Below are positions 29,634 to 38,112 of a stretch of DNA of 47,910 nt, piece after piece. A model generated the notes under the pieces. That model saw only the letters and a list, made by a program, of their open reading frames with translations, was not told where the DNA came from and did no database searches. The stretch's first letter is position 1. Every line of letters starts with the position of its first letter. This DNA comes from a virus (lineage: Duplodnaviria; Caudoviricetes), in the IMG/VR virus record IMGVR_UViG_3300023084_000034, positions 1 through 47,910 of that record; one strand, written 5' to 3'. A program made the position numbers and the translations under genes.

Positions 29634-31484
29634 TTATTTATATTTTTTTAACAAATTTGTAAATTCCTTCTTTACACCAGAAGATAATCTTTTGTGTACA
29701 CCAACTTTTGCTAACATAGGAATTGCATCTTTCATTTGTGAATTATCAATTTGAATACCAGTTCTACTTCTTGCCATTAATGGTCTTTGTAAAAACATTC
29801 TTAATTCAAATGCTAACTCTGGACTAATGTTTACTCCTTCAACTCTTGAAGTTTCACCATTTTCAACACTCTTTAACAAAGATACCTTACCCAATCTTGC
29901 TTCGTTTACTGATTCTCCAATTAAAGAATCTACATCAGCATGGATATCTTTATAGTTATTAAACTTTTTACCTCTTAATGCACTATAAAGAGCCATTGTA
30001 TATTTTTGAGTATTATTGTGAGCTCTTGATTTTACTAAATCAACTGCACCAGTAATAGGATTTCCCTTTTGGATTGAATCAACTGCTGCTTTTAATGCTT
30101 TATAATCGTTAAATGCTTGTTCTTTTCTTCTATCTGTGATAACTTGAGTAATATAATCTTTTGCCTTACCCATATCACCTTTGAATTTATCTAAGATTTG
30201 TTGTGCACCTTTATCGTTTCTTTGTAATGCTCTTTCAAAGTTTCCGATTTGTACTTTTGCCAAACCTTTAGCATTGAAGTAATCTCTTTTATCAAAAGTA
30301 CCATATACTTTTTCAAAGGTAGAATCTTTTGATTTGAATTCTTCGTTTAAGTAGTTTTTACCTGCCAATCCACGAATCTTTCTTGCATCGGAAACCTTTA
30401 ATACTTCTCGTTTTGATATATCACTACCTTTTCTAATACTACGAGCACTATCCTCTGCATCTTTTTTTGAACCAGGTTTAGTCATTACAAATCCACCACC
30501 CTTTTCATGGAAATCAATTACTACATATTTGTCATCGTTCTTTGCTTCGTTTACTGATTCAAACTTGATTGATTTACCATATTTTTTTTGTAATTTTTTT
30601 ATCAATTCTTCTTTACTATCAGCAATTTCATTACCTCTTTCATATCCAAACTTTTGAATAGGTTTACCTGTTTTAGGGTTAAGAGCCGCCGTTAGTTCTC
30701 TAAATCCTTTATTATCACCAACGATTTGAACCATAGTATCATCATCTACTTTGATAGGTTTAGATACAGTTCTTGCTTCGTTTACTGATTCAGAACAACC
30801 ACCACATCCACAACTACAACTAGCTGATTCGTTTACTGATTCAACTAATTTTTCAACTTTTTCACCAACGGGTCTGCCGATAGTCATTGATACATAGAAT
30901 CCCATAGCCATCACTATATCCTTGCCATCCCATTTACAAATATTTGCAACATCCGGTCCTAACTCATAGTGGTAGTATTCTTCAACATCCTTAGCTGCCA
31001 TCGGGTCACCCTCATATTTTGCTCTTGGGAATAGTTTTGCAACTTTCTTAGCTTCCGAATGGAAATTAGCATCACTCAATGCTCCCATCAAAATATGCAT
31101 TACTGCAAACTGATGATTTGGTTTACCTTTAGTTAACTCTTTTAGATTTTTATCTAAAAGTTGTTTAACCTTTTTGTTCATATTAGCATCTTCGTTTACT
31201 ACTGATTCAACTTTGTAAGTTTTACCATCAACTTCGAATTCATCTTCACCCTTTTCTTTTGCAGCAACTACTGCTGCTCCGAAAGCATTACCTTCATTCT
31301 TTTCACCTTTTCCATTCCATGCTTTATCAATCTTATTAAAGAACTCTTTCTTTTCTTCATCAGACATTGATGGAATAGATTTTCCTGCTTTTTCTAAAGC
31401 TTTTCTAAAAAATACTTGATATTCAGATTCTTCTTTCAAAGTCTCTTTAACTATGTTTTTTAATTGCTCTCTGGTAATACTCAT
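29634..31484 (-). CDS. Modular putative internal head polyprotein (616 aa) with about 8 modules delimited by ESVNE/xNE
   Basis: ESVVNE, four ESVNE, YLNE and EKNE junctions; Lys-rich modules; directly upstream of the protease. Confidence 0.8.
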   Translation of the reverse strand: MSITREQLKNIVKETLKEESEYQVFFRKALEKAGKSIPSMSDEEKKEFFNKIDKAWNGKGEKNEGNAFGAAVVAAKEKGEDEFEVDGKTYKVESVVNEDANMNKKVKQLLDKNLKELTKGKPNHQFAVMHILMGALSDANFHSEAKKVAKLFPRAKYEGDPMAAKDVEEYYHYELGPDVANICKWDGKDIVMAMGFYVSMTIGRPVGEKVEKLVESVNESASCSCGCGGCSESVNEARTVSKPIKVDDDTMVQIVGDNKGFRELTAALNPKTGKPIQKFGYERGNEIADSKEELIKKLQKKYGKSIKFESVNEAKNDDKYVVIDFHEKGGGFVMTKPGSKKDAEDSARSIRKGSDISKREVLKVSDARKIRGLAGKNYLNEEFKSKDSTFEKVYGTFDKRDYFNAKGLAKVQIGNFERALQRNDKGAQQILDKFKGDMGKAKDYITQVITDRRKEQAFNDYKALKAAVDSIQKGNPITGAVDLVKSRAHNNTQKYTMALYSALRGKKFNNYKDIHADVDSLIGESVNEARLGKVSLLKSVENGETSRVEGVNISPELAFELRMFLQRPLMARSRTGIQIDNSQMKDAIPMLAKVGVHKRLSSGVKKEFTNLLKKYK

Positions 31485-31499
31485 AATTTTACTTCCTAA

Positions 31500-31934
31500 T
31501 TATAGTTCGGATATAGATGTTGCCATCCTTCTTAGTCTTTCTCTTATTTTGAATAAATGACTTTTAGTTCGTTTCCATTGTTGGTCTGAACTCAGTCCAC
31601 TTTCTTTCTTGATTTTTCCATACCAGTTTAAGAAAGATTCCATTTCACTAAGTTGTTTGTTTATGTTTCTGATTCCTACTCCTATTTTTTGTTTTGGAGT
31701 TCCTTCAGATTTTCTCAACTCATGCCAACGATTTTCATTAACTTTACTATAACCACTCACCTTAATAATATGGTCTACATCTGCTTCTGCCTCATCATCA
31801 GTTCCATCGGTGTCTGCGAAAGCATTAGGAGTATTATAACCTGCTACATTACCAGTAGTGGTTGCTTCATCAACTTCTAATTCTTCTTGCTCTATTTCTG
31901 CAATTAAATCTTCAATTAACTCCTTTAAGTTCAT
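31500..31934 (-). CDS. Hypothetical head-cluster protein (144 aa)
   Basis: ORF track; MNLKELIE leader, VDE|ATTTGNVAGYNTPNAF, KVNE. Confidence 0.75.
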   Translation of the reverse strand: MNLKELIEDLIAEIEQEELEVDEATTTGNVAGYNTPNAFADTDGTDDEAEADVDHIIKVSGYSKVNENRWHELRKSEGTPKQKIGVGIRNINKQLSEMESFLNWYGKIKKESGLSSDQQWKRTKSHLFKIRERLRRMATSISEL

Positions 31935-32794
31935 AATTTACTTTTCAACTCTTTAATTAGTTCATAAGACATCATTAGTGATGATACATGATTATCAGAA
32001 ACCGATTTACCAATTTTTGTTTTAGATAAAACCGATGCAGTTTCTGCTAACTTAATTTTAGTTACCTTATCTTTAACTTTAGATTGGATTGATTTTAATT
32101 CTTTTACAATATTTGGAATTTCATTCTCTACATAAGATTTGAATCCAGTTGTGTTTGTTAAGTTGTTTATATACTCTTTTAATAAAGATTTTTGAGATTC
32201 ATTTAAGTTAGAATACTTTTTATTAAATTGTTCTACTAAAATTTTATAAGTAAGTAATCTTAAATCTTTATCTTGTTTTTTATAGGATTCAACTAATTTA
32301 TCTTTTTTAGATTGAGTTTTAACTGCTGGATTTGATGTGATTGATTCAATGAGGGTAATTTTTGAATTGAATACATCTTTAATATCATAGTTATTCATCT
32401 TTTTAGATTCAAAAATCTTATAGATGGATGCTAAAACTCTATAATTAGAAATAGGAGAAGAAAGGAACTCATCCATATTGAATGATTCGTTAATCTTTTT
32501 AATAAGATTATATTTTTCTCTATGAAGTTGTTTTTGGTCAATACGATTATGTGCTTCATTAACAGTATCAATGAACTTTTCTGCTCTTGACTCAGAATTG
32601 TACTTTTCTTTCATAAGAAGTTCGTACAATCTTAACTCCTTGTTTAACTCTGTTTTTGGACTAAAAAATTCACTTACGATTTTTTTAGCTTTTTCGGTAG
32701 TATCACCATTAAGAACTTCTAACGTAATTTGTCTTACGAGAAGTTCAAATAGAATACCTGTATTCTTAAATTTTGAATGTTTTACCCTCTTCAT
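31931..32794 (-). CDS. Hypothetical helical protein downstream of the portal (287 aa), possibly a prohead component
   Basis: ORF track; has its own promoter motif; 4-bp overlap with the next gene. Confidence 0.75.
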   Translation of the reverse strand: MKRVKHSKFKNTGILFELLVRQITLEVLNGDTTEKAKKIVSEFFSPKTELNKELRLYELLMKEKYNSESRAEKFIDTVNEAHNRIDQKQLHREKYNLIKKINESFNMDEFLSSPISNYRVLASIYKIFESKKMNNYDIKDVFNSKITLIESITSNPAVKTQSKKDKLVESYKKQDKDLRLLTYKILVEQFNKKYSNLNESQKSLLKEYINNLTNTTGFKSYVENEIPNIVKELKSIQSKVKDKVTKIKLAETASVLSKTKIGKSVSDNHVSSLMMSYELIKELKSKL

Positions 32795-32844
32795 TGTGTT
32801 TTTATCCTATAATAATATATCAATATACGATACTTTACATCGTA

Positions 32845-32853
32845 TATAAATAT
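32845..32853 (-). promoter_or_regulatory. Putative late-promoter motif ATATTTATA
   Basis: Recurrent intergenic motif about 50 nt upstream of the ATG at 32794. Confidence 0.6.
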
Positions 32854-32878
32854 AAGTTAATTTTTATTTCCTGATTTT

Positions 32879-34636
32879 TTATTCATCAATCAAATTTGTG
32901 TCATCTAAAAAGTCTCCGTTTTCACTCATCAACTTTCGTTTTGAAGAAACCCCATTAACATATTCCCGTGCAACTTTTTGTGTTCTTTTACTAATTTTTG
33001 ATTCGGTCTTTGATAATGCTTTTTGATTTTCCTTTTTACCTAAAGGGTCTCTACCATAAGGATGTTTATCTTTTCCATAGGTGTTTCCCTCTCTTGGTCT
33101 ACCACCTTTGTTTTTTAGTTCAGTTTTTAATTCTTCTAATTCATCTTCAACATCAGTTGGGTCTTGTTCCATTGCTGGGTCATTACCTTCATCTTCAATT
33201 GAACGATATCTAAATCTATCTTTAAGGTCATTGATAAGTTGCTCTTTTTGGAAATCAACCTCATCTTCACTAAAGTTAAATATATTTTTGTATGCCCAAT
33301 CTTTAGATACCATATTTAATTGTTGAATATCGGAAACCAATCTAACTTTCTCACTCCAAAGATTTACTTTTTCTTGTTCATAAATCGTAGATGGGTTTAC
33401 TAAGTCTAATTCAAAGTCCACCATTTCAGGTCCGTCAATACCTTGAGCAGCTAAGTGAGTTACTGCAATCTTAGTTAATTCTGAAATAAGAGTTCTTTGG
33501 ATTCTTTCGATTGTTCTTGCGAATCTTACATCTTCTGCAGCAAGAGTTGCTTTACCATTTACATTCTCATCATATCCCAAATATGCTTTTGGAATTTTAA
33601 GAGCCGCAAATAGTTTGTTTTTTAAGTAATCGATATCATCAATTGCTGTGTATTCCAATCCACCCAATGAATCAATTTCAGTACCACTATCACCACCCCT
33701 AACAGGTAAGAAGAAATCTTCAGTTAGGTTTTGGATATTATACTTTAAGTTATAATCACCAGTCTTTTTGTCCACAAATGGAGTTTTCTTCATTTTGGTG
33801 ATAATCTTCTGCATATAGTTATCAACTTCTTGTGGTGGAATGTTCCCAATATCAATTTTGAAAACTCTCTTATCGGGTGCTCTCATAATTCTATGAATTA
33901 ACATAGCATCTTCCATAAGAGAAACTTGTTTCCAAATTCTTCTACCATTTTCAATCATTGCCTTTCCATATGGTAAGAAGTTAGTATCAGATAATAATCT
34001 AAAATGTACTACTTCATAGTTTTCATATTCACCTTTTCCTGCGGGGTCATGGTTTAATTTGAACTTTACATAATTTGAATTATTTGGGTCAGTATTTTCT
34101 ATTCTTTCCAATTCATAAACTGGAAGTGGTCTTACATTTATAATACCAACACCTGGTTGTATTTCTTGTAGTAAAAAGAAATCACCATACTTAACCATAT
34201 TACGAGTCCAAGACCAAAGGTTGAACTCAATATTAAGAATATCATAGAAAAGGTTTTCTAAAATTTCTTTTATTTTTTCGTTTTTTGATTTGATTTGTAC
34301 AACTTCACCGAATTCGTTTTTAAGTGTACATTCATCTGCGTATATATCTAATGCCGATGAGATAATTGGGTCATTATCCATTGCATCATAATCTCTGAAT
34401 AGTTCTCTACGAACTTGATGGTATGCCATCGATTGAGCTGCCATCTGGTCTCCATAAAAAGACCTTTGTAGTTTGGTGTACCTATCTCTTATGTTCATAA
34501 GGTTAGTACCACCTTGTTGCCTATCATCTATATCAACAACTTTTCTCTTTCCATCCTTGTCAACCTTTACGATTGCTTGGGTAGAAAAGAGTTTCGTTAA
34601 TCGATTAAAAAATGAACTATTGTTTTGTTCTGCCAT
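32879..34636 (-). CDS. gp20: Portal protein, T4 gp20-like
   Basis: LMEDAMLIHRIMRAPDKRVFKIDIGN, EDFFLPVRGGDSGTEIDSLGG and DIDYLKNKLFAALKIP motifs. Confidence 0.96.
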   Translation of the reverse strand: MAEQNNSSFFNRLTKLFSTQAIVKVDKDGKRKVVDIDDRQQGGTNLMNIRDRYTKLQRSFYGDQMAAQSMAYHQVRRELFRDYDAMDNDPIISSALDIYADECTLKNEFGEVVQIKSKNEKIKEILENLFYDILNIEFNLWSWTRNMVKYGDFFLLQEIQPGVGIINVRPLPVYELERIENTDPNNSNYVKFKLNHDPAGKGEYENYEVVHFRLLSDTNFLPYGKAMIENGRRIWKQVSLMEDAMLIHRIMRAPDKRVFKIDIGNIPPQEVDNYMQKIITKMKKTPFVDKKTGDYNLKYNIQNLTEDFFLPVRGGDSGTEIDSLGGLEYTAIDDIDYLKNKLFAALKIPKAYLGYDENVNGKATLAAEDVRFARTIERIQRTLISELTKIAVTHLAAQGIDGPEMVDFELDLVNPSTIYEQEKVNLWSEKVRLVSDIQQLNMVSKDWAYKNIFNFSEDEVDFQKEQLINDLKDRFRYRSIEDEGNDPAMEQDPTDVEDELEELKTELKNKGGRPREGNTYGKDKHPYGRDPLGKKENQKALSKTESKISKRTQKVAREYVNGVSSKRKLMSENGDFLDDTNLIDE

Positions 34637-34667
34637 TTTGTTTCCTTATTTTATAACCTTTATTTAT

Positions 34668-35075
34668 TTACCATGCTTTACAACTCCAATACCTTGCCTT
34701 ATGTCTTGGACCAGGACTATCACAGTTGTGTCTTGCTCTAAATGCTTTTTTTCTTTCAGGATTGTCCTTCTTTATCTTCATGGTTTCCTCACCTGCCTTT
34801 TTTGCAGATGAACCACCATGTCCGAAGTTAACCTTTACAACATTTCCCTTTGGATTCTTAACATATACTTTGAACTTCTTAACATCACCCTGCATTGGTT
34901 TATTAAGTTTTACTTCCCTACCTTGATATTCTGCTTCATTAACATCCTCTTTCATGTTTTTTAGAAATTGGATAAACTCTTTCAAATCGTGGTAGTTTTC
35001 TACATCATACTCTTCGATACCTTCATCTAAAAATGACTTGAATTCTTTGTAAAGTTCTTCAGAATAATTTTCCAT
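34668..35075 (-). CDS. Conserved phage protein (DUF6321-like basic C-terminal domain) with an acidic leader ending DVNE
   Basis: KFKVYVK...VKVNFG...RKKAFRARHNC...ARYWSCKAW; family name from memory. Confidence 0.7.
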   Translation of the reverse strand: MENYSEELYKEFKSFLDEGIEEYDVENYHDLKEFIQFLKNMKEDVNEAEYQGREVKLNKPMQGDVKKFKVYVKNPKGNVVKVNFGHGGSSAKKAGEETMKIKKDNPERKKAFRARHNCDSPGPRHKARYWSCKAW

Positions 35076-35103
35076 GCTTAGTTCCTATAATTAACCTATA
35101 CTA

Positions 35104-35112
35104 TATAAATAT
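35104..35112 (-). promoter_or_regulatory. Putative late-promoter motif ATATTTATA
   Basis: Recurrent motif about 30 nt upstream of the ATG at 35075. Confidence 0.6.
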
Positions 35113-35124
35113 AAAATTTTTATT

Positions 35125-36705
35125 TTATAACCATTTAGTTAAATCTTCAGAGTCATCTCCGATTTGCATTTGCCAAGGGTTTTCATCGTTATCATTTCCA
35201 CCATATACCCCACTATAAGTATAAGATGAAATACTGTTAATTGCTTGTTTAGTTAGGTCAATACCCTCCTGTCTTAAACGAAGTGCGGTATCTCTTACCC
35301 ATAGTGAAATAGCAAGAGACATTGTAAGGTCATCGTTATATCCTCTCATTGCCTCTGCTCTACCATTTAACCATATAAATGTAAATAGTTCTTCAATAGT
35401 TCTGATTGAACGAATGATGATTGATTTTTCCCTTACATACTCTTCTAACTTAGAAATAATTAGAGGTCGAGTTCTTGCTGTTGTTGAGAATCCAGCAACC
35501 ATACCCCTATCCTGTGCTCTATATTTATTTGAAAGTTGATTTTCAACATCTACATATTTCAAATCTTTACTCATGTAGTATAAGTTAGGATAGTTTCTAT
35601 CAATAACTTGTTGAATACATGCCCAACCAATATTTGCGTTTTCAATTACTAATAGTGCGTTATTATATTCAGTTGCTAATGCTACTAAGAAGTTTCCAAA
35701 ATCTTTCGTATCTAACTTACCTCTATATTCTGCAACTTGTTCCGAATCTTCTACATCAATGACATGAGCAGCAGAGTAATCCGATGAATCACCTCTCGCA
35801 ACATCGGCAACTACCATATAAGATTTTGTATAATCTGGAAACTGCCATTTCCATAAGTTACCATCAAATCCAGTTTTCTCTAAAGGTTCTTGTACATAAG
35901 TTTCTTTATAGAACTGAAGTATTTGTGGTTCGATTACGGAATCTCCAGAAGATACAAAATCACAATCACATTCTTGTGCTGCTCCTTTTGGTCCTAATAA
36001 TGTTTCTTGCTCATCTCTCCAACTTTGGTCTCTTTCAGGATGAACTGACCAATGTAGTCTAATATGATTAAATCCATTTGTTCCCTCTTCAGAACCTACC
36101 CAAGTTTTGTGGAAAAAGTTACCCACACCATTTGGTGTTGAAAGGATAATTGCGTTACCACCAGTTGAAAGGGTAGATTGTGCTGATACCCAAATCTCTT
36201 CAATCTTATCGATGAATGCTGCCTCATCAAATACAAGTAGGGATAGTGCTTCAGAACGACCTGCATCTCCTGCTGCTGAAGTTGCTTTTATCTGAGAACC
36301 ATTTGCATATCGTAGGGATAGTTTGTTATCTTCTATGGTTGTTAATTTTAACCAACTTGGTAAATATTGATTCATTACTCGAACCTTTGTTACCAAGTTT
36401 TTAGCAACCTCTTGTTTAGTTGCAATTACAAGAACATTAAAATCTTGATTGAATAACATCTTCCATAAGGAGAATCCTGCAGTTAAAGTAGATATACCAG
36501 TTTGTCTTGATTTAAGAATGATATTATATCTGTGTTCTGTGAATTGGTCTAAAGTTTCTTCTTGGAATGGGTATAAGTGAAAAGGAATTTTACCACGAAC
36601 TGGGTGTTGTATCATACAATACTTTTTCATAAAGTATATAGGGTCTGATGCACACTTCTGGTACTCTTCCTTTATAATTTCTTTTAATGTTTTTTTCTGT
36701 GCCAT
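35125..36705 (-). CDS. terL: Terminase large subunit, T4 gp17-like
   Basis: LYPFQ, Walker A KSRQTGIST, Walker B LLVFDEAAF, ILSTPNG, nuclease VADVARG...DYSA, IENAN and DDLTMSLAI. Confidence 0.96.
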   Translation of the reverse strand: MAQKKTLKEIIKEEYQKCASDPIYFMKKYCMIQHPVRGKIPFHLYPFQEETLDQFTEHRYNIILKSRQTGISTLTAGFSLWKMLFNQDFNVLVIATKQEVAKNLVTKVRVMNQYLPSWLKLTTIEDNKLSLRYANGSQIKATSAAGDAGRSEALSLLVFDEAAFIDKIEEIWVSAQSTLSTGGNAIILSTPNGVGNFFHKTWVGSEEGTNGFNHIRLHWSVHPERDQSWRDEQETLLGPKGAAQECDCDFVSSGDSVIEPQILQFYKETYVQEPLEKTGFDGNLWKWQFPDYTKSYMVVADVARGDSSDYSAAHVIDVEDSEQVAEYRGKLDTKDFGNFLVALATEYNNALLVIENANIGWACIQQVIDRNYPNLYYMSKDLKYVDVENQLSNKYRAQDRGMVAGFSTTARTRPLIISKLEEYVREKSIIIRSIRTIEELFTFIWLNGRAEAMRGYNDDLTMSLAISLWVRDTALRLRQEGIDLTKQAINSISSYTYSGVYGGNDNDENPWQMQIGDDSEDLTKWL

Positions 36706-36712
36706 ACATCAA

Positions 36713-37126
36713 TTATCCACCTGCTGCAAAAAATAAACTAAGTAATCCTCCTGCTAAAGTTCCCAACTTCCATAGGAAGGTATTTCTCTTTTGTCTTTTT
36801 AATTCTTTTTCTAATTCTTTAGACTTTTGACTTTCTAAACCAAATTGTTCATCTTTTTTCTGAATGATACCCTCTAAGTTTAGTACCTTACCATTCAGAT
36901 TAGTAATTACACTATCCTTTAATACAATTTTATCATTAGATAATTTTAACAACTCTTTGGTTTCAACTAATTGAAGTTTAACACCATCAAAAGTTACTAA
37001 ATCCTTAATTACCAGTCTTACTATCGGAACCTCCAGTTTCACTACCGAGTCCCTCTCCGTAACGGTCTGTGAAAAACTTGACAAGCTCGTTGAAAGTAAG
37101 AACATCAACATTATTAACTTTTTCAT
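36713..37126 (-). CDS. Exported coiled-coil protein with a C-terminal hydrophobic anchor; spanin-like partner
   Basis: Signal peptide MKKLIMLMFLLSTSLSSFS|Q, coiled coil, C-terminal FLWKLGTLAGGLLSLFFAAGG; 122-bp overlap with the upstream gene. Confidence 0.6.
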   Translation of the reverse strand: MKKLIMLMFLLSTSLSSFSQTVTERDSVVKLEVPIVRLVIKDLVTFDGVKLQLVETKELLKLSNDKIVLKDSVITNLNGKVLNLEGIIQKKDEQFGLESQKSKELEKELKRQKRNTFLWKLGTLAGGLLSLFFAAGG

Positions 37127-37394
37127 TCGTTTTGTTTTTTATCGTAGTAATATTATTTTGTACTTTATCAATATCACTATCGATTAGTTCTATCTCTGAA
37201 TGTAACGATTCTATTTTCATATCCAACTCATCGTTGGCAACTGCGATTGAATCAATATCACTTTGAATCTCTTCAATCTTTTCATCGAATGCAGCAACAT
37301 CCGTTTGGATATCGTGCATTACCATTAGATTATAACCTACAAATCCTAAGATTACAATCAATATTAAATATATTTTTGTATTACTATTATTCAT
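37005..37394 (-). CDS. Membrane-anchored coiled-coil protein, i-spanin-like
   Basis: N-terminal TM segment IYLILIVILGFVGYNLMVM followed by heptad repeats. Confidence 0.6.
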   Translation of the reverse strand: MNNSNTKIYLILIVILGFVGYNLMVMHDIQTDVAAFDEKIEEIQSDIDSIAVANDELDMKIESLHSEIELIDSDIDKVQNNITTIKNKTNEKVNNVDVLTFNELVKFFTDRYGEGLGSETGGSDSKTGN

Positions 37395-37395
37395 T

Positions 37396-38067
37396 TTACA
37401 AAGGTTGTACTAATTCGTAATTTTTGTCTTTTAAGAGTTCGTATGCCGAGTTTCTCTTTTCAATAACTTCGGTAAGTTCTTTCTTACCATTTTCAATGTC
37501 TTTTTCGATTTGTTCTCGTAATGTCTGAACATCTTCGTTTGATGACCACTTTTCAAGTGAGCCATCATCATTTACATATTCATGAATATTTTTGACTTCA
37601 TTCAATGCTTGATTCCATTTTTGTAAAACATCCGTTCCATGTGCTACCATATTTGAGTATATCTTATATTCCTCATACTCTTTCCACAAACCATCTAATT
37701 TTATAATTTGTTCTCGTTTAGATAAACAAACAGAACAAAATCCTGTTTTACTTATTAAAGTTTTATCAGAGTTAGAGTATTTTTTGGAATCACAATCAGT
37801 TGCCCTACACTTAGACTTTTCTTCTAAGTATTGTCTTACTTTTGATAACTCAGATGATGCTCTTGATTGTTTTACCCTACCATAAGACTTTTGTTCCCAA
37901 ATCACACCATTTTCTTCCCAAACATCACCAACATTTCGTTTAGTTTGTTCTTTTACATCAGAAAGAGAAATTTGAGTATCTTTTTGGTATTCACCATTGT
38001 GAACCATATCTACCAACTTCCTACGAGTTGGGTGCATGAATTTTTTATTGAATTTTTTCTCACTCAT
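37396..38067 (-). CDS. Hypothetical protein (223 aa) with a possible 4-Cys metal site
   Basis: ORF track; CRATDC...FCSVC; preceded by the promoter motif. Confidence 0.75.
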   Translation of the reverse strand: MSEKKFNKKFMHPTRRKLVDMVHNGEYQKDTQISLSDVKEQTKRNVGDVWEENGVIWEQKSYGRVKQSRASSELSKVRQYLEEKSKCRATDCDSKKYSNSDKTLISKTGFCSVCLSKREQIIKLDGLWKEYEEYKIYSNMVAHGTDVLQKWNQALNEVKNIHEYVNDDGSLEKWSSNEDVQTLREQIEKDIENGKKELTEVIEKRNSAYELLKDKNYELVQPL

Positions 38068-38092
38068 AAATCGTAACTTATATATCCATATA

Positions 38093-38101
38093 TATAAGTA
38101 T
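38093..38101 (-). promoter_or_regulatory. Putative late-promoter motif ATACTTATA
   Basis: Variant of the recurrent motif about 26 nt upstream of the ATG at 38067. Confidence 0.55.
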
Positions 38102-38112
38102 TAAGTTTTTTA

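Larger units (their letters stand above)
26620..31208 (-). repeat. Dispersed in-frame 15-bp direct repeat GAATCAGTAAACGAA (ESVNE)
   Basis: Exact + strand TTCGTTTACTGATTC at 26620, 27052, 29901, 30546, 30777 and 30828; one mismatch at 26827; 13/15 at 27794; 3-nt insertion at 31191. Confidence 0.95.

Noticed and set aside
26620-31208. 15-bp repeat considered as a CRISPR array or integron attC sites
   Set aside because: Repeat too short and not palindromic, spacing irregular (51 to several hundred bp), always in frame in coding sequence, and no cas or integrase gene in the window.
37396-38067. Possible small terminase
   Set aside because: Position upstream of terL is suggestive, but no recognisable motif supports the call.
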